From positions 1 to 64,000 of the forward strand of contig QPMI01000232.1 of assembly GCA_004431415.1 (NCBI GenBank): a stretch of 64,000 bases of DNA. The letters run 5' to 3'. The stretch comes from Cyanophora paradoxa CCMP329. Taxonomy: Eukaryota > Plantae > Glaucophyta. A program made the position numbers and the translations under genes. Below, piece by piece: positions 46,572 through 57,462 of this stretch. The notes under the pieces are model-generated. The model searched no databases. It saw only the letters and a list, made by a program, of their open reading frames with translations, and was not told the origin of the DNA. The stretch's first letter is position 1, and each line of letters opens with the position of its first letter.

Positions 46572-49500
46572 CTAGCGAACGGGGCGGACGGGGGACCCGG
46601 GAACACCAGGAGGCAGATACGGCCGCGTGGGGCGGGGCGACGCAGGGCCCGCGGCCACGCCCGCATTCTGCGGCGGGGCGCCTCGAGGGGCGGATCCGGA
46701 TCCGGGGGGGCTGGAAGGGGAATTCGAAGCGGCTGCGGCCGCGTTTGCAGGCCGCGGAGGGGTTAACGTTGACGGGAGCAGAGGAGCCGTCGCTGTCCGC
46801 GACGTCGACGCGTCGAGGAGCGAGGGATGTGCATACGCATGGGCGGGCACGATACCGACGGCGGCTGAACTGGTACTCGAAAGATCGGAATTTGAGGCGA
46901 TCGCGAGGGAATTCGAAGCCGGGGGGAACCAGGCGCGGGACTTGACGGTGGCGGCAGAGGGGCCGCGGCCGGCGCCAGCAGCCCAGGCAGCGCCAATATC
47001 GTTGCCGGCAGCGTCATGCATATGGTAATGCCCAGCTGCAGGCTTGGATTCGGTATCCAGAGATTCTGATCTGGAGGGAACAGCTGCAGCATGCATATGC
47101 GCAGCGGATCCGGGACTGCAGGCTGGTGTTGTGTGTTCGAGATTATCGCTGCAGCTCCGCGATGCTGCAGTAACATGCACGTGGGCAAACCTGCGCATAC
47201 GTGGAACGCGTACGCCCGGCGATCATGAAAAGGGCATCCGGCATTGGACCAGAGGCTGGGAATTCGCACCAGCACCGGTCGCCGAACCTGCAGTACCCGT
47301 TCGCGAAGCTCGTGCATGGTCGGCGAGATACCCCCGGCTTGCCGTTGCCGTTGTTGGTGGGACCATGGCCGGCTGCAGTGCGCGAAACGGGAGTCGACGT
47401 CGACGTACGCGTCAACTCCCTTGCAACGACGACGTTGACGTTGACTTCTGGTGCGGATCCGGATGTAGAGTGCCTGTACCTGCGCCAAAGGCGGTCATTA
47501 ATACTGCCATTGAATAATTTAGATCCCGAGAAAAATATAGATCTATATAGCTAATATATAATACGCACCGACAGTGGACCCCGAAGCGGCATGCACCCGA
47601 CGCGAAGAAGCGACAGAGCGGAGCGGCTACCGCCTCGCGAGACTCATTTTCGATTGCTTTGCGATCTCGCGGCTGCTGCAGGCTTAAGCTTGCGGGCCCG
47701 TGGCCATGGCGAGCATCGATATCGCTCGCCGAAACCGTCGCAGCTGCAGCGGTTGCACCCGCCTCCTCTTGCGATTGAAGCAGCCGCAGCCGTTGGGCCT
47801 CCTCCTCGAGTCGCATCCGCTCCTTCCGCCCCTCCTCCTCCCGCAGCCGCCGTTGGGCCTCCTCGATTGCGAGCCGCTGCCGCTCTTCCTCCTCCCGCCG
47901 CTGCCGCTCCGCCTCCTCCGCCGCCTGCAGCTGCAGCTGCGCCGCCACCGCCTCCTCGCGGCGCCTCTCCTCCTCGCGACCGCGCTCCTCCTGCGCCCTT
48001 CGCTCCTCCTCTTCTCGCTCAAGCTCCAGCTGCCGTCTCCGCTGCTTTTCCTCCCGCCTCCGCTGCGCCTGCAGCTGCCGCCGCTCCTCCGCCTCCCGCC
48101 GCGCCGCCTCCTCCGCCTTCAGCTCGGCCTCTCTGTGGTGGCGGAGCTCGGTTTCCGCCCGCTCTCGCTCGAGCTGAACCCTGCGAGGGGCTTAGATCAC
48201 GTTCGCGACATGTACACCAACGTTGACAAGCTTTTTTTTTAAGCGCACTTTGCAAGTAAAACGAGCTCAGCAGAGCCGGCGGTCAGGCGTGAAACGGCGA
48301 GCGAGAGCTCCCGCTCCACGACCTCCGCCTCCTTCAAGGCTGCCTCAAACTGGCCCGCGCCCATCTTGCATTCTGGGAAGAGTTTAGAAGCGCGCTGCAA
48401 TACTTCCGCATGCATATAGCAATATTATTTAATTTGGAGAGGGGGCGAAGGCCTAGGGCGCACGGATGCGGAGCAGGCGCGCCTCTGAGTTGCCAGGAGA
48501 TCGCTGCGCGTACGATGGGCCGCCGGGGTCAGACGGGGCGCACGGGGATAAAAGCTAGATTGGTTCTGGGCCGCGGAGTTGCAGTGAAATCGCTAGCAGT
48601 GAAATCGCTATCAATATTTATAGATCTAGAATTCGAAGTGCACCTTGAGCAGAGCGTCGAGCAGCGTGCGGGCGCGGGCCCAGTCGGCCTCTTGAACGTG
48701 CTTCAGGGCGGCTGCCTGATCATGATCAAGCGCCGGCGTTATTTCACGTCGACGTCGCAATAAACTAGTTCATATTTAATATATTTAATTAGTTTTCGCG
48801 CCTGGTCCGCCGCGTCGCGCTCTGCCCGCTCTGCGAGCTCGGCCTGCTGACGCGCCTGCTGGCGTTCCGCCTCCGCCCGCTTCCGCTCTTCCAGAGATCG
48901 ACGCCGCTCCTCCAGCTTCGCAGACTTGCCGGCAACCTTTAGCAAACGTTGACGCATGACCTTTTTTGCTTTAGCGATGAAACCGGCATGCATATGCGCA
49001 CTCTCTCTGCGCCGCTGCGGGCTGCATCCGTCCCCTTCGAGTTGTCCTTCAGAAATTTCAGGAGCTGCAGCTGCCCTTCGAGCGCCCGCTTCCGCTCGGC
49101 CAGGTTGATCAGATCCGTGTCCGTCGCGCGGAGCTCCTCCATCCCCTGCCACCCGACTCAAAGAATGCGAAAATGTAAGGAAAGTATTGCTCTTATATGA
49201 TTAATACATATAGAACCGGCCCCCGGCCGATAAAGAGTAAGAATTAAGCACTTGAACGAGCTCGGCCAAGGTTGACGTGTCCACAATTTTGTCGGGGCCC
49301 AAGCAAGAGGGCACCCTCCCCGCGTGCGCAATAAAGGCGGCGCATTTCTGCTCGGCGCAGAGCAACGTTAACTTGAGAATTAATATTCGCATCGAAGAAA
49401 TGATCATGAAGGCTTCGACATCGACGCTTCGAAAATTCGGTACCTTCGAGAAGAATTGATACTCGTCGGCGAGGGCAGAGATGGCGCCGGTGGTCTCGCT

Positions 49501-52190
49501 CGCGTGCCGCATCGAATCCTTCGCCATTCGATTCAACAGTGCGCTCAACATGGCCTCCAGGGCCTTCTCCGTGAAGCTGTGGGCCGGTCCGAACAAGTCT
49601 CCAGCGAGGTGAAGAGCGCGCTGCGGCCGGTCAGCTTCGACGTCGACCCGGCGCAGCTATTAAATTAAAGGGCGAGTGCGGAGCTCGATCCCCGGCCCGC
49701 GGGACCGTGCACGCACGCGGAGGGAGGACGTGGCCCCCTCGAAGTTCTTCCTGACGAACTGCACGGTGCCGAGGTGGTAGAGGACGGTCGCCAGGTCCGC
49801 GCCTTCCCCCACGGTCCGCTCGGTCTCGGCCAGCGCACGCTGCGCCGCCACTATTAATATAAATATAAGAGCAACTACCCATCGAAATGAATATCACAGC
49901 TGGAATCGTTATTGAATTTCGCGATCGGTAATAATCGATTTCGGAACGCGCCTGTAAAAGAGACTCGCTTCTGAGCACGTCCGCGCTTGAGCTCAAGAGC
50001 TCTTTATCTCCAGATACGGAACTGGGCACAACAGCTGCGACCCCCAGCCGATACAAAGCCAGCCCGAGAGCGTTGCCGATCTTCTTGCACGGCTCGCATG
50101 CTTGCTCCGCGATCTCCAGGTTCAGCTGCGCATATGCATACACGCAATCTCTAGGTTAGTCTGAAACGGACCGGTACTGCATATATAACAGATTATATTT
50201 GCGAAATCGAAAGCGCTTCACCTCCAGAACTCGTTCCGCGTCTCCAGCACGGGCTGCGTCCTTGTACAGGTCCGAGAGAGCGATAAGGATGTCTGCCAAC
50301 AAGCAGCAACGGGAGACGAATGGCTGGTCTTGGTATTCTGGGATCCCGGAATGGGCCAGACGGTCGGACTTTGCTGCTGTCTGCGCGATTGCAAGTACGT
50401 GTACATTTACGCAAATTCATATAACGAGCAGACGCTTATAATTATAGTCAAGGACATATATATAATATGCGGAAATGAAATTAAAGCCAAAGAAGGTGCT
50501 CACCCGGGCGTATTTCCAGGCCCCGTCCGGTTCCTTCAGCTCGACCGCAGCGATAGCAAGCATCCAAAGCGTCGTGGCGATCTCGTGGCTCAGCGCTCGG
50601 GCGTTGCCAAGGCAGCTGCGCATGCAGATGCAATCGACTTTGTTATTGACACGCGTGTCGAAAATTCGCAGTGTGGCCTGCAGAACTGGTTAGCGCTTGA
50701 GTGTCTATATCTATAGCGACTTTCTGCGACTTTCTATACATAAAATCAAAGTGTCTATAGTGTTTAAGTGTCTATATAAAGCAGTAAAGCGACCGACTTT
50801 CTGCGAATCTCTGCAAAACGCGCACAGTGAGGGCCCCTTTGGCGCTCGCGTAGTCGCCGGCGTTGATGCAGACGACCGCGAACCCGCGCGCGTGCTCCGC
50901 GAGGTCCCTCGGGCAGGCGGCGCCCAGGAGCTCGTCCCGCCGCGCGTCGTCCAGCAGGCGGGGCGCGAGGAAGCGCTGCGCATGCGCAAATCAAACGCAG
51001 AAAATATGAAGAATTCGAACGCCAGCTCATGATCATGCGCGATCGGATGATGAAAGTTGATCGCTCAACCTCTAGATCTAATGGAATTTATTTTAGTAAG
51101 GGCGAGCACCTTGTAGAGGTCCAGAGTTTCGGCGTCGGTACCAATTTCGCGGTAGAGACGGGCGAGCCGGAGGGCGTACGCGGCCGATGCCACGCTCTGT
51201 TCGCCCCGATCGGCAATGCATTTTTCCAGATCGGTCTGCGGGCGCGCGCGCGCGGGCATCACTGAACATGATCATGGTGATCATGTTCAACAAGCAAAGC
51301 TTAAAAACCGCACGCGCAAATATTAAACGCGAGACAATATATACAAGCTAGCGTTGGAGAGCGGCCGCCTGCGCACCAGCCAGTCAGACCTGCAGGCCTT
51401 CAATTGTGCGCTCCCTTCGTCGGGCGGCGCCATCGCTTCCAGGTGGTGCACGAAGTCAGAGCAAAATCCAGCCGCGACGCTCGCTCTCGGCGAGCGCGCT
51501 TCCTCGCACTGATGACACGTGCACCGGTACTTGCACGCCCACGGCCGAGCATTGGGTCTGTAAATGTGCCGCGAATTTCGAATTTCAAACAGGCGCGAAA
51601 AGCCGCACCGCGGTAAGCCAAAACGGTCGAACCTGATGCATTCAGCGCATGGGCATGCGAGATTTAGACGCTCATTTGGTCCCGACCCCTGCATGCAGCG
51701 TTCGAGTCGTTCGGCCTTAGCGTTTGCAATTGGAATCATTATCACGACCAGCCATACGAACCTCTCTAGATCTCGTCGATTCTTCCAGACTTGCGTCGTC
51801 CTCGATCGCGAGCTCGCGATTGTGACGCGATTTCGAAAACGGCGACGATGACGCCGCGCGCGTGGAAGCGCGAAATCCCGCACCCTGCATTGATATCGCA
51901 AATTCTACGGTCAACCTTTTTCGCGTGGCCTCGCACGCTGCTGCCCCGCACCTCAAGCTCGGCTCGCCCCGTCAAATCTCCGCAGCAGGCGCGCGCCAGC
52001 GCTTCTGTGTGGGCGAGTGCCGCTTCGGAATGTGCGCCGCTTGCTGTCGTAGAAATGGGCAAGCGATGCATATGCTGCATGAGGAATGGGCGCGCGCGCT
52101 GCTGCAGCTGCGCATCGATATCCTCGAGCTCATGCATGCGCCGGGGAGCTCGCTTTCTCCTGCATGCATACGCATATATACATGTCCTCT
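46572..52190 (-). CDS. Large multi-exon protein: TPR-like repeats, E/R/K-rich coiled coil and two CCCH zinc fingers (5' end uncertain; may be partly degenerate)
   Basis: TPR-like helices AAYALRLARLYREIG, IATTLWMLAIAAVELKEPDGAWKY and LATVLYHLGTVQFVRKNFEGA. Charged helix at ~48180-47770. Spliced fingers C-RFFASGA-C-RFGVH-C-R|YR-H (~47620-47470) and C-TSFANGY-C-RFGDR-C-W|FA-H (~47317-47180). Confidence 0.65.
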
Positions 52191-52457
52191 AGCTCGCGAT
52201 CGAGCTCCTGCAGCTGCAGCGCTAGCTGGGCATATTTATGTAATGTACAGGCCCTCATGATCAAATATATAGGGGAGGAAAACGTATATATATATAGGCC
52301 TAGGGCACCAATTGCTTATCAAATTTAAATGAGGAGGAAAACAACCAAGGCTGAGCCTCGGATCGGAGGGGAGGAAAACAACGTACCAAGGCTAGGAAAC
52401 CACCGCCGTTTCTATAACCGCCACCGCCGATCGCGACCGGAGCTCGAGCTAGCCCAA

Positions 52458-53462
52458 ATGGTGTCGGTGGGTTTCGGCCGCGGGCCTGCAAATTTCGCGC
52501 AAATTTCGCGCAAGAGATCATGATCATCCACGCAAATTTCGCGCCAGAGATATCGATTGCACCCAGCGGCTGCGCAAAAGTCGCGCGGGAGAGCGCGCGA
52601 GCTGCCGATCGCGAGCTCGCTCTTATTGCTTTGCGCAGGACTACATTCTGCTTGACGTCCGCGGGCGCGAGTTCAAGACGACGCGAGCCACTCTCTTGTC
52701 GAGCCCCGGCGCCACATTCTTCACCGCGCTTCTCGGAGCAAGGTGCGCCGATCATTCACGATATCGATCGCGAGGCCACCGCAGGCGCGTTTCACGGGTC
52801 CGTTTTCCGCGCCTCACCTTTAATTTTCGCGGCTTTCGCAGGATCCCCAGCGCTCGGACGGGGGAGGGCGCTTACGTCGTCGACCGCGACCCGGGCGCCT
52901 TCGCGGCGATCCTCGGCTATCTCTCTAACGGCGTCCTCGCCGTCCCGAGCGACCCGACGGAGCTGCGCGTCCTCCTCGCCGAGGCAGACTACTTCGGCGT
53001 CTCGTTAAAGAAAGGCGCGCATTCAAATTCTGGCACTGCGGCAGCGCTGTTTGAGCTCCAAAAAATTTAAACAGCGTTAAATATCCCTGATATTGATTTC
53101 GATCATGTCCGACAGAGCTATTACGCTGCAAGACTTGCGAGGTCGTGTACCAGAAGCGCGACGACGACCCCCTGGCTTCGTTCGCCTGCGGACACCACCC
53201 GGGAAAGTTCGCGATGGGCGAGGTGGTGGACGTGAAGGAGGATGTGCAGAAAACCGAATGCCCCTGGCACGGCGACATAAAAAACCTTGCAATTGTACGC
53301 CCGGCCTGCAACTGCTGCTGCAAGGTTGCAGACACACCAGTCGTCAAGAACAAGACGCGCACGGTCCGGCAGGTCGCGCAGTGGACGTGCTGCAAGGACC
53401 TGCGCCCCGACGCCCCCGTCTGCGTGAGGACCGCCCACGCCGGCGTGCCCCTCGCTCATTGA
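52458..53462 (+). CDS. KCTD-type BTB/POZ protein with CHORD-like zinc domain (paralogue 2, inverted relative to paralogue 1)
   Basis: Exons ATG 52458-60, 52639-742, 52842-53014, 53116-462. The third intron needs a GC donor (AAAG|GCGCGC) at the position homologous to the GT donor in paralogue 1. Contains CKTC..Y...CGHHPGKF...WTCC...C...H. Confidence 0.82.
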
Positions 53463-53922
53463 GAATTTCGCAAGACGTCGACGCGGCGCAGCTCGTTTAG
53501 TTATATATAAGGGCTTGCAATTGCGGAGGCTAGTGCGGGTTCCCGGCATGAAGGAGGCGGTCATGGGTTCGATATCGATGGACTCGCGATCGTGGGGGCC
53601 GCCAGGCTGGCATGGGGGGCCTAGGGCATGGGGAGAGGGGGTGCTTAAAAACTGGCGTCCTTCCCTAATAAACACATTTAAACTGGGCACAACGCCAAGG
53701 AAGACACAGGTACATTCGAAGCGAAAAGAGTCACACAGGGTCAAAGAACATGGTCACAGGGACACGTTCTGAAAGGGGAGTGGATTCGATGATCGGACGC
53801 AAGGCATGCATACGGCGGGTGTGAGGGCCGGGGATGGCCAAGATGCCAGGGAGGAGGCAAGGGCTGGGCCGGGCCAGGGGGGCAGTGAAGGAGGGGCCGG
53901 GCCAGGCTGCATGGCGGCTATG

Positions 53923-54669
53923 TCACCGGGAGACCGGCATCGCTGGCTTCGCGGCCGCTGCCGCCCCCGTCTTCGCTGCCGGGGCCGCGGCCGCCGGCGC
54001 GGGCGCAGCGGCGGCTGGCCTCGCAAGCGGAGCCGCTGGCTTCGCTGATGCTGCTGCTGCTGCTGCCGCCGCCGCCGGGGCGGTCGCGGGCGCCTGGGCC
54101 GCGCCTCCGCTCGCCTCCTCCTCTTCCTCGCTCTCGTCCTCGCTGTCGTCCTCCTCGTCCTCGTCCTCCTCGTCCTGGATGGAAACCGGGATCAGCAGAA
54201 GAAGCTTTGACAGCGTCTGGAAGCGAGCGCGAGGCGCGCCTCATCTTCTTCGTCGTCGTCCTCGTCCTCGAGAGTGAGGCCCGCCAGCGCCGCCGCCTCC
54301 TCCTCTTTCCTCCGCTCCTCCGCAACTGGCCGCCACGCTCAGCAACGAGCGCGCGGGGACGAAGGCGCGCCGCACAGCGGCGCACGGGTCTTCATCTCCT
54401 TCAGGAGCGGAACGTACTGCTTCACGAGCGCGTTGTTCGGCTCCGCTTGAAGGACTGCGCCCGATGGGATCAGCGGCCTGAGGGACGGCCATGCGCGGCG
54501 GGCGAGCGGCCGAGGCGCGCACTCTGGTCGGAGAGCGCAAGTGCCTCATCGTAGCTCTTGCTCTGCACGGCGGCGAGGAACTGCGGCGCGGAGTCGACGG
54601 GGCGAGGCGCTGAGGGCGGGGCGGATGAGCGCCGCGGCACACCGCCAGCAGCGGCGCAGTCTTCGACAT
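53923..54669 (-). CDS. ERICH2-like (glutamate-rich protein 2 family) protein
   Basis: Spliced MSKTAPLLA|FLAAVQSKSYDEALALSDQ|ILQAEPNNALVKQYVPLLKEMKT, followed by a D/E tract and an Ala/Pro tail. Resembles the ERICH2 motif FL.A....Y..A..LC..IL..EP.N (recalled, not searched). Confidence 0.65.
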
Positions 54670-54887
54670 GGCTGCTCGGTGGGGAGCCGCAAAGCGCTCC
54701 GCGCGCCTCCGGAAGGCAGCGGGATGACAGCGCGCGTTTCGAACTAGCTGATCCTCCCGGACGCACGCGCGAGCTCCCAGAGACTTCCCGTGCCCTAGCT
54801 AACCACGACGAGGCCTCTGGTGGAAAGCTACGGGGTTCTCTCGCGCGGCGCGGAAATCTCTCCCTGGCCGGAGTTGAATCGGGGAAA

Positions 54888-57080
54888 ATGTCGTCCTCGG
54901 CGGCCCACAGCGGCCGGGCCCACGCGCCGCTCATGTTTCGCCCGCAAGAGGTCGTTTACACCAGCGAAACGCCCGGCAAGCGCGAAGGTGCGGTTGTCCG
55001 CGCGGGTCGTTGAGGGCCAGTTCAAAAGTTGACGGCCTCCCAGCTGCCGCAGACACATGGGTAGACAGTCTAGAGAGCAGGGACACCACTGCACAGCGGG
55101 CGTACGAGGTACTCGTCCTGCCGGTGCGTTCGACCCGGACTTCCCGCCTTACCATCCCGCGGCCGAGGGCGCGGCCGCCGAGCCTTTCCTACGGGCTAGT
55201 GCAGGTCTCTGAGGTTCTCCGAGTCCGTAGCTAATGCTCCTGGGCCCGCAGGACGCCCGCGCTAGCACCATCCACGAGGCGAGTCGGACGACCCGCGGCA
55301 CCCACGCATCGCCGGCGGTGGACCTCACGCGCGCGTCGATCCCGCGGCGCCTAAAGGACTCGGAGGTGGAGGCGGTGGCGCTCGCCGCGCTCTCGGACCC
55401 GATGGCGTCGATCGAGAGCGCGTACGAGCGGCGCTACGCGGACGCCCGCATGGCGCTCGAGCAGCTGCGGCTCTCCCGCCTGCGCCACGACTCTTCCACG
55501 AAGTACCTCGAGGGCCTCGAGGCGCAGCTCCAGCAGGCGCGGGCGTCGGCGGCCGCCGAGCTCGCGTCTCGGTACCAGGAGCTCCAGGCGCGCCGCCGGC
55601 GGCGCCCGCCGCCCGCAGATGCCCGCCGCCGCTGACCCGCGCCGCAGGCCGAGCTGGAGCACATCTACAACCAGGCGATCGGCGACCTCGATTCGATCCT
55701 GGGCGCCAAAGTCAAGCCCCTGCAGGCGCGCCGCGCCGCGCCGCGCCGCGCCCCCTCTCCTTTCCAGTCTGATGGGCGGCAACGCAGGAGGATCGGTTCC
55801 TGATCGAGTACCAGACGCGCGAGATCGACCGGGCGACGGCCGCTCTCGAGCGGAAGATGCACAGCTCGACGCACGCCGAGTGCGCCCGCCCCGCTCGCCT
55901 CCCCAGCCCCGCGCCCTCACGTTCCGTGGCGCCCTAGGTTCGTGGCGCACTTCCGCAAGACGCTGGCGGACGCGGAGAAGGCGCTGCGGATGGCGCCGCC
56001 GCGGGGCCCGACGCCGCAGGAGGCGGCGGGGGCCCTGCACGACCCCTTCGAGCACCCGCTCGCCCGCTTCCGCTCCGTCCGCCTCCGGCAGCGGAGCCTG
56101 GACCCGGCGCGCGAGGGCCGGGGCCGGGGCGAGCGCCGCCGGAGCAGCCGCTCGGCCAGCCGCAGCCGCAGCCGCTCGCGGAGCCGCTCGCGGAGCCGGC
56201 GCTCGCTGCACGTGGACCTGGACCTGGGCGGCGAGGCGGAGGCGGAGGCGGAGGAGCTGAGGAAGAAGGCGCGCGAGGCGAGGAAGCAGCGCGAGAGGCG
56301 GGAGAAGGGCGAGCACAGGAGCCGCCACGGGCACGCCCACGGGCACCGCCGGCACGGCCACCGGCACGAGCGGGCGGCTGAGTCCCCCGAGACGCCCTCG
56401 ACGCCCGGCTCCGAGCCGATGGGCCGCCGCCGGCTCTACGCCAAGCCGTCGGCCCTCCGCGGCCTTGCCTTCTCGACCAGTGCAGAGGCCGGGGTGGCAG
56501 CCACGGCCCCCGCGCCGCTCCTCGCCGGCAGGGCCCCCAGCGAGGACGGCAGGCGCGCACGGCTCGAATCCGGAGCGGCGCATTTCGTGGCTGACCCGTC
56601 TCGCCCGCAGCGAGAACGGCGCTGCGCGGCGGGAGCGCGAAGAGCGCCGCCGCGCCATGGCGGAGCTCGCCAAGTCCCAGAGCGTGCGCCGTACCCCTTT
56701 CCAACCGCCCAGTACCCCTCCCCTCCGAACCTAACGCGTACCCCCCTCGCAGGAGCTGCACGCCCTGTACGATTTCGTGAAGGCGCTGGCACCCTCCGGA
56801 TCCCCCTCGCGGCGGCCAGCGGAGCTGGCCGAGCGCATTGGCCGCATCGAGCAGGCGCGTCGCTGTGGCCCCACGCGTACCCCCCCGGCCCTCTAAATCG
56901 CGTACCCCGCAGATGGTGGAGGACGCGTCAAAGAAAATCGCGGCGACAGCGGCGGCGGCGGCCGCCACGGCGACCCCGCGGGTCTCCTCCTTCCCGACCC
57001 CTCCCCCTTACACTTCCGGCGGCATTGGCGGCGGCTCCACGTCGGGCGCCGGCGCCAGCCGATCCCTCTTCCTGTTCTAG
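54888..57080 (+). CDS. Multi-exon hypothetical coiled-coil protein with RS- and His-rich low-complexity segment
   Basis: Phase-compatible exons from MSSSAAHSGR through IESAYERRYADARMALEQLRL, AELEHIYNQAIGDLDSILGAK, FVAHFRKTLADAEKAL, SRSRSRSRSR and ELHALYDFVKAL to ...RSLFLF*. Three introns need GC donors. Confidence 0.7.
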
Positions 57081-57462
57081 CCCCGCCCGTAATTCAAATC
57101 GAAGCGATTTCTCTGCGTTTGCCGCTCGCGCTCGGCTGAGGATGGCGACGTTTCTTGCGACTCGTGCCATTAAACCCGAGCCATGGCCAGAGGCTCGAAT
57201 TCGAAGCGGGAGGCCCTGAGGCGCCCGCGAAGCTTAATTGCAATTGGCTTGCAGCCAAGGCGCTGGCCGGCACAATCGCGGCGCGTCGTCCGCGGCGTTG
57301 AAGCCGTAACGTTAACTAGCTAGCGACCGTCGGACGCGGCGACAGCGAAAGCGGCGGCAGTGCCGCGGCACTCGGGTCCGGGTACACCGACAGACAACGC
57401 CACCGATCGATTGGCCTGGCAAGCGACGCAGCTCAGCAGCAGCCTGGCAGCGGCTTATCGCC

